From Candidatus Aenigmatarchaeota archaeon (GTDB lineage: Archaea > Aenigmatarchaeota > Aenigmatarchaeia > QMZP01): a stretch of DNA of 64,000 bases. The DNA lies in assembly GCA_043824495.1 (NCBI GenBank), contig JBDRSV010000010.1, forward strand, positions 1 to 64,000, written 5' to 3'. Of this stretch, positions 28,847-37,623 are shown piece after piece (position 1 is the stretch's first letter; each line of letters begins with the position of its first letter). Position numbers and translations under genes: made by a program. Below the pieces are notes generated by a model. The model had not been told where the DNA came from. It did no database searches and saw only the letters and a program-made list of their open reading frames with translations.

Positions 28847-29599
28847 TTAACATGCTCCTACCATTCCGCTTAACTGACCGATAGAAGATGTGTCCCCTGA
28901 TGATATTTTGGTTAATAACTCATGATCATTCAATGCATCAGGTGTTATTTCCATATCATTTTCTATCAATGCAACAGCTTTCTCAACTGTGTTTCTTGGA
29001 AAGAATAGATTTTTCCATTTTGTCATTTCCATCATTATATCTTCGTCCGAATATTCATCTCCATATTCCACTAGCAAATATTTTGCAAGTCCTCTCATTG
29101 CATACGAGTGTGCACATCCACATGCTGGTGCTCCATTGGGAAACACGATCATTTTTGCACTACAACAATATTCACATGAGATGTGTGTTCCTAGATAAAT
29201 GTATCTCTGAAGCTGGTCTTCTGTTAGAGATTCTGTTGTTATTCCAATGTCAGCTGCTTTTAATATATTAATCCCGCCAACAACATCGTCATAAGATAAC
29301 TCTCCGTTTCCATAAGGTGTTACTCCTGTAGGTATCACAGCTTCCAATGCAGCGGAAACAACATCTCCACCAACACTGAACGTAAATACGTTTTTCTTTT
29401 GTATTGTTTGTGTAGAATCAAATGACATGATTCCGGTTCGTGTGAAGCCATCGATTTTGGATTGGACCTGATTTATATTGTACTGATTAAATCCGACGAA
29501 CAATACACCAACTATCAAAAGAGCTATTAATACAACACTGGTTGTAGATTTATCGTTTTCTTTGTCTTTATTTTTTGTTTCAATGTTTTCGTTTTTCAT
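28847..29599 (-). CDS. Membrane-anchored Cys/His-cluster protein ending GMVGAC
   Basis: GGAGG SD, TM helix, HISCEYCC...ACGCAHS cluster. Confidence 0.8.
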   Translation of the reverse strand: MKNENIETKNKDKENDKSTTSVVLIALLIVGVLFVGFNQYNINQVQSKIDGFTRTGIMSFDSTQTIQKKNVFTFSVGGDVVSAALEAVIPTGVTPYGNGELSYDDVVGGINILKAADIGITTESLTEDQLQRYIYLGTHISCEYCCSAKMIVFPNGAPACGCAHSYAMRGLAKYLLVEYGDEYSDEDIMMEMTKWKNLFFPRNTVEKAVALIENDMEITPDALNDHELLTKISSGDTSSIGQLSGMVGAC

Positions 29600-29626
29600 T
29601 TTAACCTCCTTGTTTATTCAAATATG

Positions 29627-29658
29627 GTGTGAAACCGTATATATTGGTTCGTGAAACC
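29627..29658 (-). promoter_or_regulatory. 32-bp promoter/operator element, copy 1
   Basis: GTGTGAAACCGTATATATTGGTTCGTGAAACC, identical to 31830-31861. On the minus strand a TATA-like AATATATA is flanked by two GGTTTCAC boxes. Confidence 0.8.
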
Positions 29659-29659
29659 C

Positions 29660-31165
29660 TCAATGTGTGTGAGCAGCGTTCATAGGAAGCCCAAATATGT
29701 AAAGTCCCACTAACATTATTATAATGGTAAATACGATCATTGGAATGAATGTTCTAAATCTTTTTTCTCCATATCTCAGAGAGAGTTTGTGACCTATTAA
29801 CAAACTAAGGAAATATCCAGCAAACAAAATAAATGATTGAATCCAGAATACTGTTTCGTTTTGAACAGGTGAAACAGCAATTAGTTTATGTGTTGTGGCA
29901 CCAAAACTAAATGCAGCTGCTGGTATTATCTGAAAACCTTCTACTAAAAGATGTGCAACATTGTGTGCTAGATGGATTGCAATACCTAATGGCATGAACA
30001 TTAACCCATAAACAGAGAATGTTTTAGCAAAGGACTCTTTCGTTCCAGAGAGCTTGTTTGACATGAAAACGAAAATAGCATATGCTCCAAGAGGAAGACC
30101 AATTACTATCAAAAAGAAAGACAGTAGATAAACAATACTAGGATTGAATATTCCAGATACAGACGCTATGGTGTTCTGAAAAGCTGGCCATGGCCCCATC
30201 ATTGCAACTGTTTGTATGATGCTTACACCTATGATCAAGAGGGCTGCTATTGAGCCTGCGATTCCCATATTTGTAGACCAGAGATCACTACCAAAATTTC
30301 TAAACCTCAAAACAATGTTATTTTTAGGGCATGCCTTAACACAATCCATACAGAAATTACAATTATAATTAGATTTCATGTTTCCTATATATTCGCCCAT
30401 CGAACAGGATTCAAAACAATTCTTTTTTAGATGACTTTTACAAGTATCACAATCTTTTGATCTAAGTTCTATAGGTGAAACCATGGAATATAATCCTGTA
30501 ACAGCTCCTATAGGACATATATATCTACAGAATGCGCGCTTCTCAAAAATCAAAGCGAATCCAACCGCAGCTACAGAGAGAACTATTATGAAATATGAAG
30601 TGTATATGGGACTTGATAATACACCAAAAAAAACAAATGATAGAGTGAATATTAAAAATAAAGGCATTTGTATTTTCAGTCCATTTTCTCTTCTAGGAAA
30701 TTTCTTTCTTAAACTAAAGACTTTCTGCGAAATATCTCCCAGAAAACCAAAAGGACATGCTGTACACCAAAGTCTTCCAGCTAAAACAAATGTAAATATA
30801 ACAGCAGCCCACCATATTGTCCATGTCAAAATTGTATTCACATTTAAAGCTGAGTTAACAGGACCAAAAAATCCGAAGAAAAGAACAACAAGAAAAATCA
30901 GAAGTGTGGGAATTTGTAAGAATAACTTGTAGTATTTCCATCTAACAAATCTGTTTATTATTCCTATTTCAAGTAAGTTTCGATTCTTTTTTTCAGGAGA
31001 CTCCCTAAGAGCAAACAATGATGCCACAAAAACTAATCCTATTATAATAGCTACTTGTCTGAGTAATTTTGAATAGGACTCTATTGTTCCTTGTAATAGA
31101 AAAATCAGACTAATTAGTATGACAAAGAAGAGGAGAGCGATGGTGACATGAATCCTGGGGTTCAT
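29660..31165 (-). CDS. Membrane 4Fe-4S polyferredoxin (NapH/FixG/YccM-like)
   Basis: GRLWCTACPFG, RAFCRYICPIG and CNFCMDCVKACP motifs; many TMs. Confidence 0.88.
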   Translation of the reverse strand: MNPRIHVTIALLFFVILISLIFLLQGTIESYSKLLRQVAIIIGLVFVASLFALRESPEKKNRNLLEIGIINRFVRWKYYKLFLQIPTLLIFLVVLFFGFFGPVNSALNVNTILTWTIWWAAVIFTFVLAGRLWCTACPFGFLGDISQKVFSLRKKFPRRENGLKIQMPLFLIFTLSFVFFGVLSSPIYTSYFIIVLSVAAVGFALIFEKRAFCRYICPIGAVTGLYSMVSPIELRSKDCDTCKSHLKKNCFESCSMGEYIGNMKSNYNCNFCMDCVKACPKNNIVLRFRNFGSDLWSTNMGIAGSIAALLIIGVSIIQTVAMMGPWPAFQNTIASVSGIFNPSIVYLLSFFLIVIGLPLGAYAIFVFMSNKLSGTKESFAKTFSVYGLMFMPLGIAIHLAHNVAHLLVEGFQIIPAAAFSFGATTHKLIAVSPVQNETVFWIQSFILFAGYFLSLLIGHKLSLRYGEKRFRTFIPMIVFTIIIMLVGLYIFGLPMNAAHTH

Positions 31166-31174
31166 CCTATCACC

Positions 31175-31819
31175 TCAAACTCCAAAAAGTTCCATTAAAA
31201 ATGCTGTGATACCCGTGAACACATCGAATTCGGTATATATCATTTCATCATGTCCATGACCTTCGTCATGTTCGTGATAATCTTCGTCTGTCTTATCTGT
31301 ATCTGGATAGTTGCTCAAATCTGGAGTAAATACAACAGGACCTGCACCCAAACCGCATCCTACACCATAAACTTCTCCAGTTTTTGTGTCTACAAACATA
31401 GGATATGCTTTACTGTCGTATGATTCTCCTTCAACTAGGAAAGAGTAAGATATTGTTCCGTGAGTGTCTTGTATTCTTCCATGACCGTGAGTGTGTTCTT
31501 CATGACCGGGAATTTCTGTGTTTGTTGCTGTTGAGAGATGTGTCCCTTTACCGTCTTGTTCAAGATAATCTTCAAGTATGTGTTTTGCTTGATGTTCTGT
31601 TATTTTGATATCAGTCTTTTCAACAATAACTAAATTATCTCCGTCTGTTGGGAAAAATGTTTTTGAACATGCAGATTTTATCATAACAGTTTCTGCTTCA
31701 CCTAGACTATCTACTAACTTAACATCTCTCTCCCCACAGGCAAAAACACTACCTGAAAATATCAGGGCGATAGTAAATGTCAAAATTCCAACGACAAACA
31801 TTTTTTTCATAACAATCAC
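31175..31819 (-). CDS. Secreted His-rich protein
   Basis: Signal peptide, HEEHTHGHG, GVGCGLG and HEHDEGHGHDE. Start may be the ATG at 31810. Confidence 0.75.
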   Translation of the reverse strand: MIVMKKMFVVGILTFTIALIFSGSVFACGERDVKLVDSLGEAETVMIKSACSKTFFPTDGDNLVIVEKTDIKITEHQAKHILEDYLEQDGKGTHLSTATNTEIPGHEEHTHGHGRIQDTHGTISYSFLVEGESYDSKAYPMFVDTKTGEVYGVGCGLGAGPVVFTPDLSNYPDTDKTDEDYHEHDEGHGHDEMIYTEFDVFTGITAFLMELFGV

Positions 31820-31829
31820 TTAATTCTCA

Positions 31830-31861
31830 GTGTGAAACCGTATATATTGGTTCGTGAAACC
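31830..31861 (-). promoter_or_regulatory. 32-bp promoter/operator element, copy 2
   Basis: Exact repeat of 29627-29658, with a third GAAACCGT half-site at 31874. Confidence 0.8.
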
Positions 31862-31928
31862 GTCCATCGTTTAGAAACCGTAATATACAGGGCATACATT
31901 TTTAACTAGAAGAATTCAATTTAGATTC

Positions 31929-32438
31929 ATGTCAGAACAATCTCATAACAAAAAACTGATTTCATCTATAATTTTAGTTGTAGGACTTCTCATATTTATT
32001 GTTGCAGTTTCATCTGTTTTGAGATATGACCTTAATCAATCAGGATTATCTTGTGGAGAAGATTGTCCCCATGAAGGTCAAGTAGAGTTCTTACTAAATA
32101 TAATACCTCTTCTAGTAGGATTCGGAATAATGGCCGGAGCAGGCACGTATTATTTGATGTCACAAAGACTTGAAGTAAAAGAAGATTTACTAAAAAGAAA
32201 TTCTCAAGTACTTATGAAATTTCTCACACCAGCAGAAAGAAAGGTTGTAGACATGTTAATAGAGGGTCATGGAAAAATTTTACAAGCAGAAATTACACGT
32301 CTTCCAGGAATGACTAAAGTTAGTTCTCATAGAACAATAAAGAGATTGATGGAAAAGGGTGTGATAGAATCTGGTCATTTTGGAAAAACAAATATAGTAA
32401 AATTAACAAAAGAAGTAAAAGAAGGTCTTTTGTTATAA
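31929..32438 (+). CDS. Membrane-anchored winged-helix transcription regulator
   Basis: TM, loop SCGEDCPH, TM, then wHTH (LTPAERKVV...ILQAEI...TKVSSHRTIKRLMEKG). Confidence 0.8.
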   Translation: MSEQSHNKKLISSIILVVGLLIFIVAVSSVLRYDLNQSGLSCGEDCPHEGQVEFLLNIIPLLVGFGIMAGAGTYYLMSQRLEVKEDLLKRNSQVLMKFLTPAERKVVDMLIEGHGKILQAEITRLPGMTKVSSHRTIKRLMEKGVIESGHFGKTNIVKLTKEVKEGLLL

Positions 32439-32876
32439 CTTCTTCTTGGTCTTAAATCCACCATTCATGTGAATTGAAAACAACATTAATGCGATGCTTA
32501 ACAACAAGAATATAGGTCCGTAGATTGCCAGAGTTGAAACAACTCCTATTGGTAACAATAATCCAGCGAATCCTATACAACCAGGACAAACGCCAACTAT
32601 AAATGCAAATGCAGCTCCAATTCCGCCTCCGCTAGTACTCTTAATATCACAAACTTTAGGTCCTCTGTATCTGTATATAATGAATGAGACAAACGCACCA
32701 AAAAGTGCTACGAACACTACGAATAGCGCTAATTGAATCGGTGGTATTATTTGATACCACAGATCAGTTTGTAATCCAAGTGTTTGCACATAAGGCAGGA
32801 AAAAGAACATAAACACGGCAGCAACTACTGCTATTGTAAAGTATGTTCTCTGTCTAAGTGCAATAATAATTTCCAT
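32433..32876 (-). CDS. Membrane protein with CPGC motif (MerT/heavy-metal-transport-like)
   Basis: 4 TM with Cys in KVCD and GVCPGC. Confidence 0.65.
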   Translation of the reverse strand: MEIIIALRQRTYFTIAVVAAVFMFFFLPYVQTLGLQTDLWYQIIPPIQLALFVVFVALFGAFVSFIIYRYRGPKVCDIKSTSGGGIGAAFAFIVGVCPGCIGFAGLLLPIGVVSTLAIYGPIFLLLSIALMLFSIHMNGGFKTKKKL

Positions 32877-33015
32877 GGTATACCTTTCTGCTCATTAAAT
32901 AATACAGTGCTGTAGCGCTATTAATATAATGACTTTAAGCCCTAAAATATGCTTTAATTAATTGTTTTAATATTCAAGTATAATCTTTATTATAAACCAG
33001 GAGAATTATCTTATT

Positions 33016-33708
33016 ATGACAAAAATAGCATTGGTTACGGGAGCAAACAAGGGAATAGGATTCGAAATAGTCAAACAGCTAGCAGAAAAAGAAATAACAG
33101 TAATTCTCACGGCTAGAGACGAAACAAAAGGAAAGAAAGCTATAGAAAAACTAAAAAAGAAAAATATAATCTTTTGTCAACTTGACGTAAATGATCAAAA
33201 GAGTATAGACAAGGCTTTTGAATTTGTAGAAAAGAAATTTGGAAGATTGGACATTCTTGTTAATAACGCCGGTGTTTATCTTGATGAGAAAAAGACTCCT
33301 CTTAATGTGGATAGAGAGACTGTAAGAAAAACACTAGAAACAAATACAGTCGGTCCCCTATTCATGAGTCAAAAATTCATTCCTCTAATGAAGAAAAACA
33401 AATATGGCAGAATTGTTAATATCTCGAGTGGTGCAGGACAATTATCAAGTATGGATGATTACTATTCGGCTTATGCTATATCCAAAACCGCACTAAATGC
33501 TATCACACGAATGTTAGCAGCAGCAACAAAGGGGACAGATATACTAGTCAATTCTGTGTGTCCTGGATGGGTTAGAACAGACATGGGTGGGTCAGATGCA
33601 GAGAGAGACGTAGAAAAAGGAGCAGAAACTCCTGTATGGCTTGCAACACTTCCAGTTAATGGTCCTACTGGAAAATTCTTCAGAGATAAAGAAGAAATAG
33701 AGTGGTAA
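33016..33708 (+). CDS. Short-chain dehydrogenase/reductase (carbonyl reductase-like)
   Basis: TGANKGIG, NNAG, YAISK and CPGWVRTDMGG motifs. Confidence 0.93.
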   Translation: MTKIALVTGANKGIGFEIVKQLAEKEITVILTARDETKGKKAIEKLKKKNIIFCQLDVNDQKSIDKAFEFVEKKFGRLDILVNNAGVYLDEKKTPLNVDRETVRKTLETNTVGPLFMSQKFIPLMKKNKYGRIVNISSGAGQLSSMDDYYSAYAISKTALNAITRMLAAATKGTDILVNSVCPGWVRTDMGGSDAERDVEKGAETPVWLATLPVNGPTGKFFRDKEEIEW

Positions 33709-33712
33709 TTAA

Positions 33713-34852
33713 ATGCTCTTCGAAGCTTTTCTCATTTGGACAGTTTTTGTGTATTTAGTTGAGATAGTCAATTTCAGAAACGTCTTTGGTTTTGTAAGAA
33801 ATCTGGAAGAAATAACAGAACAAAAATACAAATCATATAATCCTCTAGTAAGTGTAATAATACCATTCAAAGGTTTAGATTATGAATTAGAGAAAAACAT
33901 AAAATCTATTCTAAGCCAAAATTATAAAAAAAGAGAATTCATTTTTGTTTATGATGGCGTAAAAGATCCTGTATATAAAATACTCAGGAAATTTAAGGGA
34001 AAAGCCAAACTAATAAAATCGAAACATATCAAGACATGCTCAGGAAAAGTTGCAGCTTTGATTAGTGGAGTAGAAAAATCCAAAGGGTCTGTTTTAGTTT
34101 TCGGAGATTCTGACATAAGACCAACAAAGAATTGGTTGGCAGAACTTATAAAACCCTTGAGCGACAAATCAATAGGCGTCACCACCTCATATAGATTGTA
34201 TTTTCCAATAAAAAACAAATTCATTTCAGCTTTGAAATATACTTGGGATGCAAGTCACATTGGTCTTATGATTAGTAAATATAGATTTGTGTGGGGAGGA
34301 AGCTTTGCTCTCACAAGACAAAACTTTGACAAATTAAAAATAATAAGTCAGTGGAAGACGTCTATAAGCGATGATATAGTTATCACGAAAAATATGAGAA
34401 AATCTGGTTTAGATATAAGATTCTCGCCAAAATCCATAGTTGCTACATATGAAGACACAAATTGGGAAGAATTAAAAGAATGGTCTAACAGACAAATGTT
34501 CTTTGTAAAAAATTATGACAAAAAAACATGGAAATCTGCTTTTTATATATATGGTTATTTCAATTTAGTCTGGTTGATAGGAATTGTTTCTATGGTGATA
34601 GGGATATTCACTCCAATTTATCTAGTATTTGCTTCCTTCTTGTTGTTCACTCTAGTGCTGATAATGATAAGAGATTCTATGCGTGAATCAGCGATACAGA
34701 AGGTATTGCCAGAGTACAGAGAAGAGTTCGGGAAATACAAAACTAAGAAAATATTATCTAGCATTCTCACAAAACCACTAACCATGTACAACATTTTCAA
34801 AGTGAGAAAATTAGATGAGATATCCTGGAGAGGAAGAAAATACTCTGTCTAG
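33713..34852 (+). CDS. GT2/GT21-like glycosyltransferase (ceramide glucosyltransferase/HpnI-like)
   Basis: VIIPFKG, SGKVAAL, DSD, WGGSFA, SDD and W..RQ motifs; N- and C-terminal TMs. Confidence 0.85.
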   Translation: MLFEAFLIWTVFVYLVEIVNFRNVFGFVRNLEEITEQKYKSYNPLVSVIIPFKGLDYELEKNIKSILSQNYKKREFIFVYDGVKDPVYKILRKFKGKAKLIKSKHIKTCSGKVAALISGVEKSKGSVLVFGDSDIRPTKNWLAELIKPLSDKSIGVTTSYRLYFPIKNKFISALKYTWDASHIGLMISKYRFVWGGSFALTRQNFDKLKIISQWKTSISDDIVITKNMRKSGLDIRFSPKSIVATYEDTNWEELKEWSNRQMFFVKNYDKKTWKSAFYIYGYFNLVWLIGIVSMVIGIFTPIYLVFASFLLFTLVLIMIRDSMRESAIQKVLPEYREEFGKYKTKKILSSILTKPLTMYNIFKVRKLDEISWRGRKYSV

Positions 34853-34853
34853 T

Positions 34854-34878
34854 TTATTGGCATACTGGCACGGTCCTA
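34854..34878 (+). promoter_or_regulatory. Dispersed motif TTATTGGCA-TACTGGCA-CGGTCCTA upstream of a TATA box
   Basis: Also present at 57608-57640 with one extra 8-nt unit. Lies 9 bases before TTTTAAAC. Confidence 0.6.
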
Positions 34879-34933
34879 CCCTCAGAGTTTTAAACAAAGC
34901 ATACTATTTTAATCTAAGTGCTAACAAGAATCT

Positions 34934-36139
34934 ATGATATACTCACACTCTCGTTTGAAATGTTTTGAACAGTGTCCATACAAGTTTAAGTTGAAGTATA
35001 TAGAAAAAATAAAACCCAAACTTGAGCAAAGTATAGAATCTTTCCTTGGTTCTAGAGTTCATGATACATTAGAAAAGCTTTACAATGACTTGAAATTTAA
35101 GAAATTTAATTCTCTAGAGGAATTGCTAATACATTTCAATGATGAATGGAAAAGAAATTGGAATTCAGAGATATTGATTGTTAGAAAGGATTATGTACCA
35201 GAGAATTATAGGAAGATGGGAGAACAATTCATAACAGATTACTACAAAAGATATTATCCTTTCAGGGATGGAAAAATTATTGGTTTAGAAAAAAGAATTA
35301 TGATCAATCTAGATTCAGAAGGAAAATATAAACTCCAAGGTTTCATAGACAGATTAATGACGACGGGTGACGGAAAATATGAGATTCATGATTACAAAAC
35401 CAATGCAGATCTTCCTCTAGAAGAATATATGAAAGAAGATAGACAACTAGCTTTGTATGCTCTTGCTGTCTTACATGGATATCAAGATGCAAATAAAATA
35501 AAATTGATTTGGCACTTCTTAGCTACAGATAAAGAGATTGTAGTAGAGAAAACAAAAGAAGAATTAGATAAGCTAAGAAAAGATACTATTGAATTAATAC
35601 AGAAAATAGAAAATGAAAGAGAGCATAAGACTCGAGTTTCTAAATTATGTGATTGGTGTGAGTTTAGAGAGCAGTGTCCTGAGTGGAGTCACATAGTTAA
35701 AACAGAAAATCTAGAACCAAATAAATTCTTGGATGAGCCTGGAATCAAGCTAGTGAATAGGTACGCGGAACTACAAAATGAAAAAACTAAACACTGTGAA
35801 AAGATTGATAAAGAAATGGATCAAGTAAAAGAAGCACTGATAAAAGTTTCAGAAAAAGAGAATGCTTCTGTAATCAATGGATCAGACCACATTGCAAAAA
35901 TATGGATAAAAGAGTGTTCGAAACTTCCTGGAAAAAATGATCCGACACGTGATGATCTTGAAAAAATACTAAAAGCTTTTGGTGAGTGGAATAGTGTTGC
36001 ACAGTTGGATACTTTCAAATTATCCAGAATGATTGATGATGAGCAAGTACCTCCAGACGTAATGAAAGAGATAGAGAAGTTCATAGAAAAAACAAAAGTA
36101 GAAAGGATTTACTTGAGAAAGAAGAATGAAAAAGTCTAA
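34934..36139 (+). CDS. PD-(D/E)XK RecB/AddB/Cas4-like nuclease with Fe-S staple
   Basis: CPYKF, GFIDRL, IHDYKT, QLALYA and CDWCEFREQCP motifs, plus a C-terminal extension. Confidence 0.9.
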   Translation: MIYSHSRLKCFEQCPYKFKLKYIEKIKPKLEQSIESFLGSRVHDTLEKLYNDLKFKKFNSLEELLIHFNDEWKRNWNSEILIVRKDYVPENYRKMGEQFITDYYKRYYPFRDGKIIGLEKRIMINLDSEGKYKLQGFIDRLMTTGDGKYEIHDYKTNADLPLEEYMKEDRQLALYALAVLHGYQDANKIKLIWHFLATDKEIVVEKTKEELDKLRKDTIELIQKIENEREHKTRVSKLCDWCEFREQCPEWSHIVKTENLEPNKFLDEPGIKLVNRYAELQNEKTKHCEKIDKEMDQVKEALIKVSEKENASVINGSDHIAKIWIKECSKLPGKNDPTRDDLEKILKAFGEWNSVAQLDTFKLSRMIDDEQVPPDVMKEIEKFIEKTKVERIYLRKKNEKV

Positions 36140-36190
36140 TGATGTTGGATGCATCTGTGGAATAACATTTATTTTTGGTAGAATATAATC

Positions 36191-36514
36191 CTAAGAGAAA
36201 ACGCCTGTAAATGTTTTACAGAATTGTGCTTTAGCAATCTTGAGATGTCTCTTTCCATCTTCTGTTAAAGTGTAAGTGATTGTTTTGCCCTCTTTTTTTT
36301 CATTTAGGAGCCCATACATTTTCAAGCCCTTAAGAGCTGGATAGATAGTTCCAGGACTAGGCTTTTCGCCCTTTCTTTTTTCAATCTCTTTAGCTATTTC
36401 TTGACCATTCATTGCTTTCTTAGAAAGCAAGAAGAGTATAAGAAAAGAAAGCATGCCTCTCATATCACAGTAACAACCGTGTTTCTCTCTTTCATGACCT
36501 TTCGTACTATCCAT
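36191..36514 (-). CDS. PadR-family transcription regulator
   Basis: PSPGTIYPALK...Y.LT..G motif. Confidence 0.9.
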   Translation of the reverse strand: MDSTKGHEREKHGCYCDMRGMLSFLILFLLSKKAMNGQEIAKEIEKRKGEKPSPGTIYPALKGLKMYGLLNEKKEGKTITYTLTEDGKRHLKIAKAQFCKTFTGVFS

Positions 36515-36520
36515 ATTATA

Positions 36521-36536
36521 TATTGGATATACGATA
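36521..36536. promoter_or_regulatory. Putative PadR operator TAT(T/C)G-N6-CGATA
   Basis: TATTG-GATATA-CGATA between the divergent padR and methyltransferase genes. Matches 37165-37180 and 37206-37221. Confidence 0.6.
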
Positions 36537-36568
36537 CATTTAAATGTATTGTTATCCTAGATTATCGT

Positions 36569-37162
36569 ATGCCTCGAGGATTTCCTAATTGGGACGATGT
36601 GTACAAGAATGAAGACCCAGAAAAAATGCCCTGGTTTAGCAGAGAGTTGGATTCTGATTTAGATGAGACCATTAAAAAAATGAATATAAATTCTGGTAGT
36701 TTTCTCGACTTAGGAACAGGACCTGGTTCACAAGCAATTAGATTATCCGAGAAGGGTTTCGAAGTAACTGGTTCTGATATATCAGAACATGCAATAGAGA
36801 AAGCCAAAAAGCTCGAATCTAAAATCAATTTTGTTGTAGATGACATACTAGATACAAAACTTCCAAAAGAATCTTATGATTACATATTTGATAGAGGATG
36901 CTTTCATGTTCTAGAACCTGAACAAAGAGAAAAATATATAGAAAATGTTTTGAGTATACTGAAAACTGGTGGAATATTATTCCTAAAACTGTTCAGTAAA
37001 AGGGAACCCGAGATACAAGGACCTCAAAAATTCGATCCAGATGAGATAAAAATCATGTTTGAAAAATATTTCGAGATAGAAAGTATAGAAGAAATCGAGT
37101 ATCAGAGCGATACTCTAACAGAGAAACCTAAAGCCTTATTTTGTATATTAAAGAAGAAATGA
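36569..37162 (+). CDS. Class I SAM-dependent methyltransferase (TPMT/TehB-like)
   Basis: FLDLGTGPG, GSDIS and FDRGCFH motifs. Start MPRGFPNW. Confidence 0.9.
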   Translation: MPRGFPNWDDVYKNEDPEKMPWFSRELDSDLDETIKKMNINSGSFLDLGTGPGSQAIRLSEKGFEVTGSDISEHAIEKAKKLESKINFVVDDILDTKLPKESYDYIFDRGCFHVLEPEQREKYIENVLSILKTGGILFLKLFSKREPEIQGPQKFDPDEIKIMFEKYFEIESIEEIEYQSDTLTEKPKALFCILKKK

Positions 37163-37164
37163 TA

Positions 37165-37223
37165 TATCGGGTAACCGATACATTTAAATACCTACTAAAC
37201 TAATATATCGTATACCCGATATA
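37165..37223. promoter_or_regulatory. Two palindromic operators TATCG-N6-CGATA flanking a TATA box
   Basis: TATCG-GGTAAC-CGATA (37165-37180), TTTAAATA, then TATATCG-TATACC-CGATATA (37204-37223). Confidence 0.65.
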
Positions 37224-37244
37224 AAATTCACAGGAGGTGAAAAT

Positions 37245-37406
37245 ATGAACGGAAAATGTGGTAGTAATGGTAGTTGTGGTTGTGGAACCGAAAGAAGCTT
37301 CGTAACAAAAGCAGAAAAAATAGAAATGTTAGAAGAATACAAAAAGAGTTTAGAAAATGAAGCTAAAGGTGTCGCTGAAAGGATTCAAGAGCTCAAGAAG
37401 AATTAA
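37245..37406 (+). CDS. DUF5320-like small protein (missed by the ORF track)
   Basis: GGAGGTGA SD. MNGKCGSNGSCGCGTERSFVTKAEKIEMLEEYKKSLENEAKGVAERIQELKKN. Confidence 0.85.
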   Translation: MNGKCGSNGSCGCGTERSFVTKAEKIEMLEEYKKSLENEAKGVAERIQELKKN

Positions 37407-37467
37407 TCCTTTCTTCTTTTTCTTTTCCCTGAAGGGAATTTATTATATTTATGATTAGAAGAAAGAG

Positions 37468-37588
37468 TGCGCCAGCCGGGAGTGTCGGTCTCCACCCGTT
37501 GATATAATATGTATTCATTCGGGAAGAGTCATTCGAACCCGGATCTCCACCGTGGCAGGGTGACGTCCTACCATTAGACTACTAGCGC
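37468..37588 (-). tRNA. tRNA-Gly(GCC) with 50-nt intron in the T-loop (59/60; 37482-37531)
   Basis: GCGCTAG...TCACC-CTGCCAC-GGTGG...CCGGG-TTCGAA-[intron]-T-CCCGG-CTGGCGC-A. Confidence 0.92.
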
Positions 37589-37623
37589 ATTATTGAATGA
37601 TATTATTATTGGTGATTTAAATG

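Noticed and set aside
28585-28870. Selenocysteine read-through after the GGC/GAC C-termini (thioredoxin-reductase-like GCUG)
   Set aside because: Both genes end in TAA, not TGA.
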